From an uncultured Pseudomonadota bacterium (GTDB lineage: Bacteria > Myxococcota_A > Polyangia > Fen-1088), in the NCBI GenBank assembly GCA_963723305.1, contig CAVRRT010000088.1:19514-83513 (forward strand): a stretch of 64,000 bases of DNA, read 5' to 3'. Each line of letters starts with the position of its first letter. Positions within the stretch are counted from its first letter, which is position 1. A program made the translations under genes and the position numbers. Below the pieces are notes generated by a model. It saw nothing but the letters and a program-made list of their open reading frames with translations, did no database searches and had not been told where the DNA came from. Shown here piece by piece: positions 29,628-40,153 of this stretch.

Positions 29628-32105
29628 TTAGCGGCCGCGCCCGCGGGATCGGCCCCCGCCCCGCCGCCGGCTGTTCCCGCCACCGGCGCGCCGCGACGGT
29701 TTGCGCTGATTGATCGAGGCCGGGACGTCGGCCGCCGCGACCGCCACTGCGCCCGCGCTGGCCCCGGCGCTTGCCTCCACCGACGGGAGGTAGGCGAAGC
29801 GGTAGAGGATCCAGACGAACCCCAGCAGCGTGACGACCGACATCGCCATGTACTGCTCGTCGAGCCACTGCGACCACTTGAGGCCCATCCAGGGTTTGAC
29901 GTCGGGGATGTAGCGCGTCGGCGACCAATCGATGATGCCGGTCAGCGCCGTCATCCCCAGCAGGATCACGCCGGCCTCGCGCCGCTTGTGGTAGAGCAGC
30001 GTGATGGCGAAGAGGAACGAGTAGTAGTAGCAAGTCAGCTCGACCCCGACCGCCATCATCATCGCGCCGAGCGAGCAGGCCACCCACGGCTCGGCGTCGC
30101 GCAGCGCCTGGTACAGCAGCACCACGAACCCGCCGGCCAAGACGAGGTAGAGCCCAAACCGCGCGTGGAAGGTGCGGAGCTTCTGGCGCTTCCAGGGGCC
30201 CCAGGGATCCTCCTGGCGATCGTCCTTCATCACGCGGCCCGCTTCCGACGGGCTGTAGGCCACGACGGTGCGCAGGCCCATGTAGTTGGTGAGCGGCGTC
30301 TCCTTGTGCTTCTGGGTGTTGAAGGCGAACGCCCGGTAGCCGGCGATGCCGTTGCTGGTCACCAGGCTGATCGGCACCAGGATCACCAGCGCCAGCGCCG
30401 CACCGGCCAGGATGGAGACGAAGCGGCGGTCGACCCGCGCGCCCAGCGCCTGCCACGACGCCCAGGGCTCCGGCTTCCACCAGGGCCGCGGTGGCGGCTG
30501 GTCGCTGACCTTCGCCTCGCCGAGCGCCGGAGCCGTGGCAGATCCGGCCGCCGCCGTGGCGGCCGAGGGGAACGCACCAACCTTGCCCCAAAGCTGCCTG
30601 ATGATCACCAGGATCGGCCCCGAGAAGATGAAGAGCGGGAAGATCCGCAGCAGCGTCGAGTAGCCGAGGAAGAATCCCCCCAAGAGCGGGCGGTCTTTCT
30701 TCACCAGGCAGACGCCCCCCACCAGATAGAACAGCCAGTCCCAGCGCAGGAGCGAGCCGCCCGTCCAGTAGAAGCGTGAGGGGAAATTGGTGGCGAACAC
30801 CGCCAGCGCGACGCACATCGTCCGCCAGCCGAACGCCCACCAGGACATGAGGATGATCCCGAAGATGAAGAACGGATCGATCTTGGTGAGGAAGCTGACC
30901 TGGGCGTCGCTGATGGGCGACATGTTGGTCAGCGTCGTGCCGACGATGTTCCAGACCGGCGAGCCGTTGTACCCGTGATCGGTCTGCGCCTCTTCCCAGC
31001 GCTTGATGTCGTGGTGGTTCCGGAAGTAGGCCACGTCGTGCTTGAAGTCGGCCCAGCGCTCCGCCGTGAAGTGGACCTTACAGGTCCCGTTGGGGTCGGC
31101 CATGATGTCCTTGGTGTCGACCATCATGTTGGTGCGCAGGTTCATGATCTTCCGCAGCTCGACCCGGCGCTTGAGCCCCGGCTCCTCGGCGTCAGCGACG
31201 GCGACGCACTCGTAAAGCCGATCGTACGACAGCTCTTTGAAGTACTTCGAGCCAATGTAGTAGTGGAACGTGTCCCACATGTGGACGTAGTTCCCGAAGT
31301 GGAAGCTGAAGAAGTTCCAGTAGGCGCAGAACGACAGCACGCCGACCACGATCAGCAGCCGGTCGCGCAGCTTGCGCTTGAAATTCTCCCGCCCCTTCTT
31401 GGTCAGCCAGAGCCCCCAGCCGAGCAGCGCCATCGCCGCCAAGGCCAGGCACATCTCGAACCGTGAGCTGGCGTCGTTCTCCCACCAGGCGAACTTCCAG
31501 AACCCCGGCTCGACGACGATTGCCGGCGGCGCGTTGCTGATGGTCAGCTTGGGCGGAAACGGCGTCGGCGCCCGGCAGTAGGCCTGGAACTCCCCGATGG
31601 AGTAGGCGCCGTCGCCGACCGGCTCGCCGACTTTGAGGAAGCGGACCGGCGTCGCGTCGATGCTGACCGTCCGGGTCCGGAACCCGTGTCCCTGCGAGGC
31701 GACCACGTTGTCGATCTCGACCAACAGCTTGAACGCCTCTGGCTTGTTCTCTTCGGCGCCGAAGATCTTGTAGGTGTCGTTGGCGTCGGCCTGCAGCAGG
31801 AACGACGACACCGGCCGCACGGAGCCGAGGTCGTAGGTGAGCGAGCCGGCCGGCGTCTCGAGAATCACGCCGACGGGCGCGTCCCATTGCGCTCCCTCGG
31901 GAGCGACCGCCTCATCCGTCGGCAGATGAAGATCGCCGCGGATGTCCTGGCGCCAAACGGGCACCTTGTGGGAGAGCAGGTTGTCGGTCGTGCACTCGCT
32001 CGAGGAGGAGAGCGGCGCCTCGGCGGCGCCGGCCCGCCGCTCGATGCCCGGCGCCAGCGCGGCCAGCCCGAACGCCAAACCCAAGGCTAATTTACGGGAA
32101 ATCAC
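29628..32105 (-). CDS. Polytopic membrane protein: discoidin/F5-8-like extracellular domain plus GT-C (GT87-like) glycosyltransferase region
   Basis: Signal peptide; LTYDLG..LQADANDTY..RFLKV..GDGAYSIGEFQ beta-sandwich pattern; then about 10 TM helices with WDTFHYYIGSKYF, DHGYN and LLRWDW. Confidence 0.65.
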   Translation of the reverse strand: MISRKLALGLAFGLAALAPGIERRAGAAEAPLSSSSECTTDNLLSHKVPVWRQDIRGDLHLPTDEAVAPEGAQWDAPVGVILETPAGSLTYDLGSVRPVSSFLLQADANDTYKIFGAEENKPEAFKLLVEIDNVVASQGHGFRTRTVSIDATPVRFLKVGEPVGDGAYSIGEFQAYCRAPTPFPPKLTISNAPPAIVVEPGFWKFAWWENDASSRFEMCLALAAMALLGWGLWLTKKGRENFKRKLRDRLLIVVGVLSFCAYWNFFSFHFGNYVHMWDTFHYYIGSKYFKELSYDRLYECVAVADAEEPGLKRRVELRKIMNLRTNMMVDTKDIMADPNGTCKVHFTAERWADFKHDVAYFRNHHDIKRWEEAQTDHGYNGSPVWNIVGTTLTNMSPISDAQVSFLTKIDPFFIFGIILMSWWAFGWRTMCVALAVFATNFPSRFYWTGGSLLRWDWLFYLVGGVCLVKKDRPLLGGFFLGYSTLLRIFPLFIFSGPILVIIRQLWGKVGAFPSAATAAAGSATAPALGEAKVSDQPPPRPWWKPEPWASWQALGARVDRRFVSILAGAALALVILVPISLVTSNGIAGYRAFAFNTQKHKETPLTNYMGLRTVVAYSPSEAGRVMKDDRQEDPWGPWKRQKLRTFHARFGLYLVLAGGFVVLLYQALRDAEPWVACSLGAMMMAVGVELTCYYYSFLFAITLLYHKRREAGVILLGMTALTGIIDWSPTRYIPDVKPWMGLKWSQWLDEQYMAMSVVTLLGFVWILYRFAYLPSVEASAGASAGAVAVAAADVPASINQRKPSRRAGGGNSRRRGGGRSRGRGR

Positions 32106-32222
32106 AGCGGGGCGACATTACCACTAATCGGGTTTGCCGAAGCCCCTGGACGAAGCGCCACTTCGCCCGGGAACCTCCCGGGGTTCCTGTGTCGCGACGA
32201 TGTATGCGATTCTCCGGGCTCC

Positions 32223-33543
32223 ATGCACCCGAGTGTCGCGCTGCTGCTCACGGCGGTGATGGTCCTGGCCAACGCTTTCTTCGTCGCGGCCGAGTTCGCC
32301 TTCGTCAAGATGCGGCCGACCCGGCTGCAGCAGCTGGCGCGCGAGGGGCGCCGGCGCGCCCGCCTCCTGCTCACCATCACCCAGCAGCTCCCGGCGTATC
32401 TGTCGGCCAGCCAGCTCGGCATCACGGTGGCCTCGCTGACGCTCGGATGGCTGGGTGAGCCGGCCTTCGCGCAGCTCTTGCGGCCGCTGCTCTCCCGCGC
32501 TGGCCTCTTCTCCGATCGCACGCTGCACACGCTGGCCGCCACGGTCAGCCTCATCGCCATCACCTTCCTGCACACGGTACTCGGCGAGCTGGCGCCGAAG
32601 GCGCTGGCGATTCAGCTCACCGAGCCCATCGCCCTGTGGGCCGTGGTGCCGTTCCGCGTGTTCTACGTGATCACCTTCCCCATCATCTGGACGCTCAAGG
32701 GGGCGGCGGCGCTGGTGCTCAAGATCCTGCGGCTGCCGCCGGCCGTCCGAGGCGGAGATGGTCCACTCGCCCGACGAGCTGCGCCTGGTCCTGCAGCACG
32801 TCCACCTCGACCCGGGCGCGCGCCGCCTCATCGACCGGGTGTTCGACTACACGCACCGGCTGGCGCGCCACGTGATGACGCTCCGCCGCGACGTGGTGAC
32901 GCTGGAGGCCGGGCGGCCGTTCGACGACAACCTGCGGATCGCGGTGGCCAACCAGTACACCCGCTACCCGCTGGTCGAGCCGCTCACTGACCGCGTGGTC
33001 GGCTACGTCCACCTCAAGGACATCGTCACCGCGCTGGCCTCGGGCAATCGCCCCGACCGGATGCGGGAGCTGGTGCGGGAACCGATCTACGCCTCGGAGG
33101 ACACGCGCCTCGAGTGGCTGCGGCGCGAGTTCCAGCGCCGCCGGGTCCACATCGCCGTCATCCTGGGGAGCGGCCACACCTTCACCGGGATCGTCACGCT
33201 GGAGGATCTGGTCGAAGAGGTGGTGGGTGAGATCCAGGACGAGCAGGACGCCGAGGAGATCCCACCCATCCGGCGCAACGCCGACGGCAGCTTCGACGTC
33301 GACGGCCGCCTCACGCTCGACGTCGCGGCCCGCGAGCTGGGCCTCATCTTCCCGAAAGTTCCGCCGGAGGTCGAGACGCTGGGCGGCTTCATCATCACCC
33401 AGCTCCCCGAGCTCCCCGTCCCCGGCGACGAGATCTCCACGGTCGGATTCCACTTCACGGTCCTCGATGTTCGCGATCGGCGCGTCAGGCGCCTGCACGC
33501 GGTGCCTTTGCCGGCCGCCGATCCCCCCTCCTCCGACGAGTGA
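32223..33543 (+). CDS. Hemolysin-family CNNM/CorB-type protein (DUF21 + CBS pair + CorC); frameshift near 32745
   Basis: NAFFVAAEFA, SQLGITVASLTLGWLGEP, GELAPK; YTRYP, GIVTLEDLVEEVVGEIQDE, ETLGGF. Confidence 0.93.
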
Positions 33544-33551
33544 CTCTGTAT

Positions 33552-33596
33552 TTTCAGTTACTTGCGACCTGAGGTCGCAGAACCTGAAAGTTTTTT
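33552..33596 (+). terminator. Putative intrinsic terminator
   Basis: TTTCAG..TGCGACC-TGA-GGTCGCA..CTGAAA followed by G-TTTTTT, just after the stop codon. Confidence 0.6.
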
Positions 33597-33630
33597 GAGC
33601 CTCAGCCTGTGACTCTTGCCACCTACTCAC

Positions 33631-35629
33631 ATGGTGCGCCCTCCGTACCGAGGAATGGGTGCGGGCACTGTCGCGCTAGTCCTGGCGACGCTCGTGCCTG
33701 CCTGTGCTCCGAGCTCTCCGGACGTCGGCAGCGAGGTCGCCGCCAGCGATCCGCATCTGCTGACGGGCGAGTTCATCACCTACGTCGCTGATAACAGGGA
33801 CGGCACCAGCGAGTGGTGGCACGCGGTGCGCACCTCCGACGGGCGCGAGGTGCGGCTCGACTTCGACACGCCACCGTTCACCGCCACCGGCACCCAGGTG
33901 ACCGTCCAGGGCGACATGGTCGGCGCGAACATGCACGTGAGCAGCATCGAAGCGGTCCCCACCGCGCAGATCGCCGCCGAAGCTGACTCCACGGAGCCGC
34001 CCACTTACGCGGCGCCGTCGCCCGACTCTTACGCGCTGGTGCTCGTCGATCTGGGGAGCGGCGTCAACCTGACGGCCGCGCAGGGGGCGACCTACCTCAG
34101 CAGCATGACCCCCTCCGACAAGTCGTTCGCCGAGTACTACAACGAGGTCTCGTACGGGAAGTACCAGGTGACCGGCTCGGTCATCGGCCCCTATCCGTTC
34201 TCGATGACCACCTGTGACACCACCGGGATGTACCAGGCGATCGAGCCGATGATCACCGGCACCTACAACCACCTCATCTACTACTTCAACGAGACCAGCC
34301 TGTGCACCTTCGGCGGCCTCGGCGAAGAGGGATCGGCCTTGAAGCCGGCCAAGCGGACCTGGATGAACGGGTCGCTCTCCTGCGTCGTGCTGATGCAGGA
34401 GCCGGGGCACAACCTCGGCCTCATGCACGCCAACACTATCAAGTGCGGGACCAGCAGCTTCTCCACCACGCCGGCCACGGCGTGCACCATCACCGAGTAC
34501 GGCAGCTCGATGTCGACGATGGGCGGCGGCTGCAAGCAGTTCAACGCCTACGAGCGCTGGTACATGTCCTGGCTCTCCGGCTGCAACGGGGTCAAGGTGC
34601 CGGCCAACGGCACCTTCAACCTGCTGCCGCTCGAAAACAACTGCTCCGGCGGCAGCGGCGTCCAGGTGCTGCAGGTCCCGTTCCCGGCGACGTTGACGGT
34701 GAACGACCCCCAGGCGACGACCACCGCCGTCAACCTGAACAACTACTACGTCGAGCTGCGCACCTCCGGCGGGATCTTCGACGCCTACGCGACAAAGGCG
34801 CCGAGCTCGGGCGTCGTCTTCACCGGGCCGACGGTCTTCGTCTACACCAGCGACAACATCCACCTTCCGACGACGACCACCGGCCGCGGCGGCACCACCA
34901 GCACGAACCAGACGAGCAGCGTCTGGACCGAGCTGCTCAACATGAACCCCACCGCCAACGCGTTCGCCGGTCTCACCACCGCGGGCCAGAGCTTCGTCGA
35001 TCCGGCGGGCGGCCCGACGATCACGCTGACGTCGATCAGCGCGACCGGCGCCAGCGTGACGGTCAGCTATCCCGGCGGCGGCACCGGCTCGCCCACCTGC
35101 ATCGACGGCACCACGCTGACGGCGCCCGGACCCACGAGCTGTGCTGGCAGCAGCAGCACCGGCACCGGCGGCGCGCCCGGCACGGGTGGCGCCGCCGCGA
35201 CCGGCGGCACGACCGGCGCCGCCGGCACCAGCGGTAAAGGCGGCAGCACCGGCACCGGCGGCACGACCACCAGCGGCAGCGCGGGCGCCTCGGGAAAGGG
35301 CGGCGCCACGGGAACTGGCGGCACGACGACGACCGGAACCGGCGGCGCGCCGGGAACCGGCGGCGCGACCGTGATCGGAACGGGCGGCGCCACCGGAACC
35401 GGCGGCACGACGACGACCGGAACCGGCGGCGGCGACCGTGATCGGCACCGGCGGCGCCACCGGAGCCGGCGCCGGTGAAACGACGCCGAACGCGACCGGC
35501 ACGGTCTTGGGCGGCTGTTCGTGCAGCTTCGATCCCGCGCATCCCGCGGGATCGTCCAGCGGGTTCGCGATGGCCCTGACCGGCGTCGTCGGTCTGGTCC
35601 TCGCGCGGCGCCGACGCAAGCGCGCCTGA
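33631..35629 (+). CDS. Surface metallopeptidase-like protein (M11/gametolysin-like), Gly/Thr linker and MYXO-CTERM; frameshift near 35430
   Basis: Lipobox-like LVPAC; QEPGHNLGLMHAN; EYG...STMGG; TGTGG repeats; frame 35438..35629 ends GGCSC..ALTGVVGLVLARRRRKRA. Confidence 0.8.
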
Positions 35630-35642
35630 GCACCGCCGCACC

Positions 35643-37139
35643 ATGGGCGCACGCTTGGCTCTCCGACCGCGGGCGTCGCTGCCGCGCTGCCTCCTGCTGA
35701 TGGTCGCCGCCGTCGGGGCGCTGCTGCCGGCCCGGGAGGCGCGCGCTGACGGCGCCTTCCCCGATTCGCTCAGCATCCTGACCCCCGCGCAGCTGCCCGA
35801 CGAGACGCTGCTGGCGACCAACTTCGGCCTGGTCATGTCCTTCGACCGCGACCAGACCTGGATCTGGTCGTGCGAGCAGCCGCTGAACAGCTTCGGGACG
35901 CTCTATCAGATGGGCCCGCCGCCGAAGAACCGCATCTTCGCCATCGCGGCAGGCCTCATCTACAGCGACGACAGCTCCTGCACCTGGACCGCGGCCGGCG
36001 GCGCCGCCACCGCGGCGGACGCCTTCGCCGACCCGACCAACCCGAACCGCGTCCTGGCCGTCGTGACCTCCACGGTGGGCGACGCGGGCGCCGTCTACAC
36101 GGTGGTCGAGTCGAGCGACGCCGGCACCACGTTTTCCCAGCTCCGCTACACGGCCGCCGCCGGGGACCACATCACGGGCGTGGAGATCTCCCGCTCCGAT
36201 CCCGAGACGGTCTATCTGACGCTCACCAGCGGCACCGCCTACACGCCGAAGGTCGCGGTCACCACCGACGGCGGCACCAGCTGGACGCTGCACGATCTCA
36301 CCACCAGCCTGCCGGCCGGGACGTACAGCATCCGCCTGGTCGCCGTCGATCCGACCAATCCCGAGACGCTGTTCCTGCGGGTCGGCAGCACGGGAAGCCA
36401 GGCGCTGGCGGTGAGCGTGAACGGCGGCGCCAGCGCCACCACGCCGCTCACCTTTCCGGCGGGGGCCTTCAACGTATTCGCGCGCCTCGACAGCGGCTCG
36501 CTCATCGCCGGCGGCGTCGTGGGGACCGCCAACGTCGCCTACCGCTCGGTCAACGGGGGCACCTCTTTCGATCCGCTGCCGGCGGTGCCGTTCACCTTCA
36601 CCGGGTTGTCGGCGCGCGGGACCAGGCTCTACGCCGCGCTGGAGAACATGACCGATCTCTACGCCATCGAAACCTCCGATGACGAGGGGATGAGCTGGCA
36701 GCCCCTGATGCGCTTCAACCAGGACGTGGACGCCGGCGCCACCGGCTACATCCAAGCCATCCAGACCTGCGTGATGTCGTTCTGCCAGGACGATTGCAAC
36801 ACGCGCGCGGGAGCCGACCTCTTCTCGCAGGACGTCTGCTCGGCGACGGTCGCCCCCGATCCGCTCGACGGCGGGGCGGGCGGGACGGCGCCCGGCAGCG
36901 GGAGCGGCGGCGGCAGCGGAGGCACTCAGCCGACGACGGGCGGAGGGGGACAGGCAAGCGGCACCGGCGGGACCAGCGGCGCCGGCGGCTCGGGCGGCGC
37001 GCCCTCGTCGAGCAGCGGCTGCCACTGCGCCCTGTCGCCCGAGGTGCCCACTTCACCGCTCGCGAGGGCCGCGCTCCTGGTCGCCGCCTTCGCGCTCTGC
37101 CTCCGCCGCCGACGCCGCGAGATCCGCCCGCGTCGCTAG
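35643..37139 (+). CDS. Secreted BNR/Asp-box beta-propeller-like protein with MYXO-CTERM
   Basis: Signal ending ARA; Asp-box repeats SSDAGTTF, TTDGGTSW, SVNGGAS, SVNGGTSF, TSDDEGMSW; C-terminal SSGCHC..TM..RRRRR. Confidence 0.85.
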   Translation: MGARLALRPRASLPRCLLLMVAAVGALLPAREARADGAFPDSLSILTPAQLPDETLLATNFGLVMSFDRDQTWIWSCEQPLNSFGTLYQMGPPPKNRIFAIAAGLIYSDDSSCTWTAAGGAATAADAFADPTNPNRVLAVVTSTVGDAGAVYTVVESSDAGTTFSQLRYTAAAGDHITGVEISRSDPETVYLTLTSGTAYTPKVAVTTDGGTSWTLHDLTTSLPAGTYSIRLVAVDPTNPETLFLRVGSTGSQALAVSVNGGASATTPLTFPAGAFNVFARLDSGSLIAGGVVGTANVAYRSVNGGTSFDPLPAVPFTFTGLSARGTRLYAALENMTDLYAIETSDDEGMSWQPLMRFNQDVDAGATGYIQAIQTCVMSFCQDDCNTRAGADLFSQDVCSATVAPDPLDGGAGGTAPGSGSGGGSGGTQPTTGGGGQASGTGGTSGAGGSGGAPSSSSGCHCALSPEVPTSPLARAALLVAAFALCLRRRRREIRPRR

Positions 37140-37300
37140 ATCGCCGGCGGCGCTGGTTCCGCCAAGACCCTTAGATCCGTCGGCGGCGATAGTTCTGCCG
37201 ACGCCACAGGATCCGCCGACACCGCTGCCGACCCCCCGCGGACGCTACGATGCCCCCCGATCTGCCGACCCCGCTCGGCCGACCCCGCTAGAATGAGGGC

Positions 37301-37792
37301 ATGTCCCGCGTCACGCTCCTTGCGCTCGTGGCCTTGGCCGCCTGCCCTGGCGCCGCGCAGGCGGCCAGCGCGTGCAACTTTCCGGACGCGCGGATCCTGG
37401 TCGAGACCGGAACGCACCGGCTGGCGCTGTGCGAGCGGGACCGCGAGATCGCCTCCTTCTCCGTGCGCCTCGGGCGCGGCGGCGTCGGCAAGACCGCCGC
37501 GGGGGACGGCAAGACGCCGCTCGGCGCCTACCCTCTCGGCGACCCGCGCAAGTCCGACCGCTACGGCACCTTCATCCCCATCGGCTACCCGACGCCCGAC
37601 CAGCGCCGGCGCGGCTTCACCGGCGCCGACGTCGGCGTCCACGGGCCACACCGCTGGGTCCGCTGGCTGGGGCCGCTGGTGAACAGCTTCGACTCCTCGA
37701 GCGGCTGCGTCGGGCTGGCGACCGACGCCGAGATGGAGGCGATCGTCACCTGGATCAAGGCCGCGCACGCCCGAACCATCGAACTGCGGTAG
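37301..37792 (+). CDS. L,D-transpeptidase (YkuD family)
   Basis: GDGKTPLGAY, IGYPT, GVHG..SSSGCVGL (His/Cys catalytic motif); signal peptide. Confidence 0.9.
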   Translation: MSRVTLLALVALAACPGAAQAASACNFPDARILVETGTHRLALCERDREIASFSVRLGRGGVGKTAAGDGKTPLGAYPLGDPRKSDRYGTFIPIGYPTPDQRRRGFTGADVGVHGPHRWVRWLGPLVNSFDSSSGCVGLATDAEMEAIVTWIKAAHARTIELR

Positions 37793-37945
37793 CGCGGGCT
37801 GCGGTGCGCGGGCTGCGGTGGCGTGAACCGCCGTGGCGCGACCCGCGGTGGCGCAAGCACCTTCTCCGGGGCGGCGCCGAAGATCAGCCAATTTGAGCCA
37901 CGAACTGGAACATCGCCCACCAGTGGATGTAGCGTCTAAGACCAA

Positions 37946-38821
37946 ATGATCTCGATGCGGAGCTTTTGGGTGCTCTGCGCGGCGACCTTCGGCGCGGCGC
38001 TCGCGCCGACCGTTGCTGTCGCGGCGCCGGGGGACGCGGCGCGGCCGCGGGTGGTGGTGGTGAACGCGGTCGATCTGCCAGACAGCCTCGCCGACGTGCG
38101 CGCCCAGCTGCGGACCACGTTGAACGACGCGGTCACCAAGCACGGCTACGACCTGGCCCCGCAGGCCGGATCGTGCGCCGATCGCGAATGCATGAAGGTC
38201 GCCGCGGTCAGCTCGGGCGCCAGCGACGTGCTGGTGGCGACGGGCGGCCGCAACGACATGCGCGGCTACCACGTCCAGCTACAGATCTGGAACGTCGCCA
38301 GCGACCGGGAAGACAACGCCGTCGCCGAGTGCAACATCTGCGCGGCCCAGCAGATGGTCGAGAGCGTCGAGAACGCCGCCGACCCGCTCCTCGACCGCGT
38401 CCCGACCCTGCACGCGAACCTCTCCGCGACCGCGGCCCCACCATCGGCCGGGGCGCCGCCGGCCACAATCATGGCCCCGGCCGTGACCGCCCCCGACGCG
38501 GTAGTTCCAGAAACCAAGAACCCGCACCGCTGGCTCGGCTGGACGCTGATCGGCGCAGGAATCGTCGGGGGCGCCGCGAGCGGCTACTTGTTTGCGATCA
38601 ACGGCGACGCCACGGACTGTCTGAGTTCTTCAGCGGCCGCGATGGCTAACGTTCCACAATGCGCGGCCAAGCGGACGACGCTGGTCCCAGGGTTCATCAC
38701 CGCGGGGCTTTCCGCCGCAGCCATCGTCGGCGGAATCGTGTACCTTCATTTCGGTAGCGAGGACCACAGCCTGGCCCTCTCGATTCAACCGTTCGGCGTG
38801 ACACTGGGAGGTCAGCTGTGA
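37946..38821 (+). CDS. Secreted hypothetical protein with paired Cys and C-terminal hydrophobic segments
   Basis: Signal peptide; C-x3-C and C-x2-C; Pro/Ala linker; WLGWTLIGAGIVGG and GFITAGLSAAAIVGGIVYL; terminal GVTLGGQL; stop overlaps the next GTG. Confidence 0.75.
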   Translation: MISMRSFWVLCAATFGAALAPTVAVAAPGDAARPRVVVVNAVDLPDSLADVRAQLRTTLNDAVTKHGYDLAPQAGSCADRECMKVAAVSSGASDVLVATGGRNDMRGYHVQLQIWNVASDREDNAVAECNICAAQQMVESVENAADPLLDRVPTLHANLSATAAPPSAGAPPATIMAPAVTAPDAVVPETKNPHRWLGWTLIGAGIVGGAASGYLFAINGDATDCLSSSAAAMANVPQCAAKRTTLVPGFITAGLSAAAIVGGIVYLHFGSEDHSLALSIQPFGVTLGGQL

Positions 38822-40153
38822 GCGTTCGGTGGATGTGGAGTCTGGCTCTGCTCGCGACCGCAGCCTTCGGCTGCTCGAAGCTGAACTCGACCCGTTGCGA
38901 CCAGAACAGCGACTGCCCGAGCCAGCACTGCACGACCTCGACCAAGACCTGCGTCCCGGTCGACGGCGGCGCGACCGGCACCGGCGGAACCGGCGGGAAA
39001 GGCGGCGGCGGCGGCACCGCCGGCTCCCAAGGCACGGGCGGCACTGCCTTCTCCTGCGCTGTCGCGAACTGCTCGGGCAGCACACCTTTCTGCGACATCG
39101 ACGCTGGCAGCTGCAAAGGCTGCGAAATCGACACGAATACCTGTATGAATCTTGATGATGGAGGCACCCCGGTCTGCGTGACGACCGCCGACGCAGGGTC
39201 CGGAGCAACGAAAGGCTCGTGCGTCCGCTGCCTCGTGAACAGTGACTGCAGCGCCTCCACGCCCGTCTGCGTGACGGCTACCGACGGAGGCGCGGGCCCG
39301 ATGCAACATACGTGCGTCGGCTGTCTCAGCAACAGCGACTGCAAAGGCACGAAACCCATCTGCGACCTGACCTCGAACACATGCATGGCCTGCGGCCAAG
39401 ACTCAGACTGCGCGAACGTCGGCCCCGACATCTGTATGACCGACGGCCACTGCGCCACCGATAGCGAAACGATCTACGTCCAGAACAACACGGCGACCTG
39501 CACCGACACACCGTCTAGCGCAGACGGCGGCGCCAACGCGGGAACGAGCAAACAGCCGTTGTGCTCAATGCAGCCGGTAATAACGCTCCTATCGCCAAGT
39601 CGCGATCTTGTCGTGGTAAACGGAATGAGCGGAACGATCACCGGTGGAAGCTGGACGTACGCCGATCAGATTCAGCAGGGTCAACTTTCGGTTGTCGGCC
39701 AACAGAACGCGACAATTGGGAGTGTTTCGACCCCCGTATTCAGTATGCAAAGCGGCACCGTCAGCGTACGCGCGGTGAAGTTTTCGCCCTCCGCGTCGAT
39801 TGGGATCAAATCGACTGGCGGGTCTCTAACGCTCACAGGCGTTACCGTAGACAGTTGCATGGGTGGCGGAATCCTTCTCAGCGGTGTCACCTTCGACATC
39901 GAAAGGACGACGGTCACGAACAACGGGCCCGGGCCACAGGGAACGAGCTGGAGGCATCAGCGTGAGCGCCGCAGGGTCGGGCAGCACGCTCAATTTGGTA
40001 ACGATCGAGAACAACAAGCCGATCGGGATCACCTGCGACACTAGCGTCAATGAAACGGGCGTGTATGTCATGTCCAACACAGGTGGTAACGTCGCGATGA
40101 ACTGTAATTTCTCGTCGTGCCCAACACTCGGTTCCGGCTGCGGCGCTCCATGA
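38818..40153 (+). CDS. Cys-rich repeat lipoprotein with C-terminal beta-helix-like region (frameshift near 39935)
   Basis: Lipobox AFGC; repeats CVRCLVNSDC, CVGCLSNSDC, CMACGQDSDC; LTLTGVTVDSCMGGGILL..IERTTVTNN; continues in ORF 39863..40153. Confidence 0.8.

Noticed and set aside
38818-40153. Calling the Cys-rich lipoprotein TraA
   Set aside because: No recognisable PA14-like domain, no MYXO-CTERM and no adjacent OmpA-domain traB.
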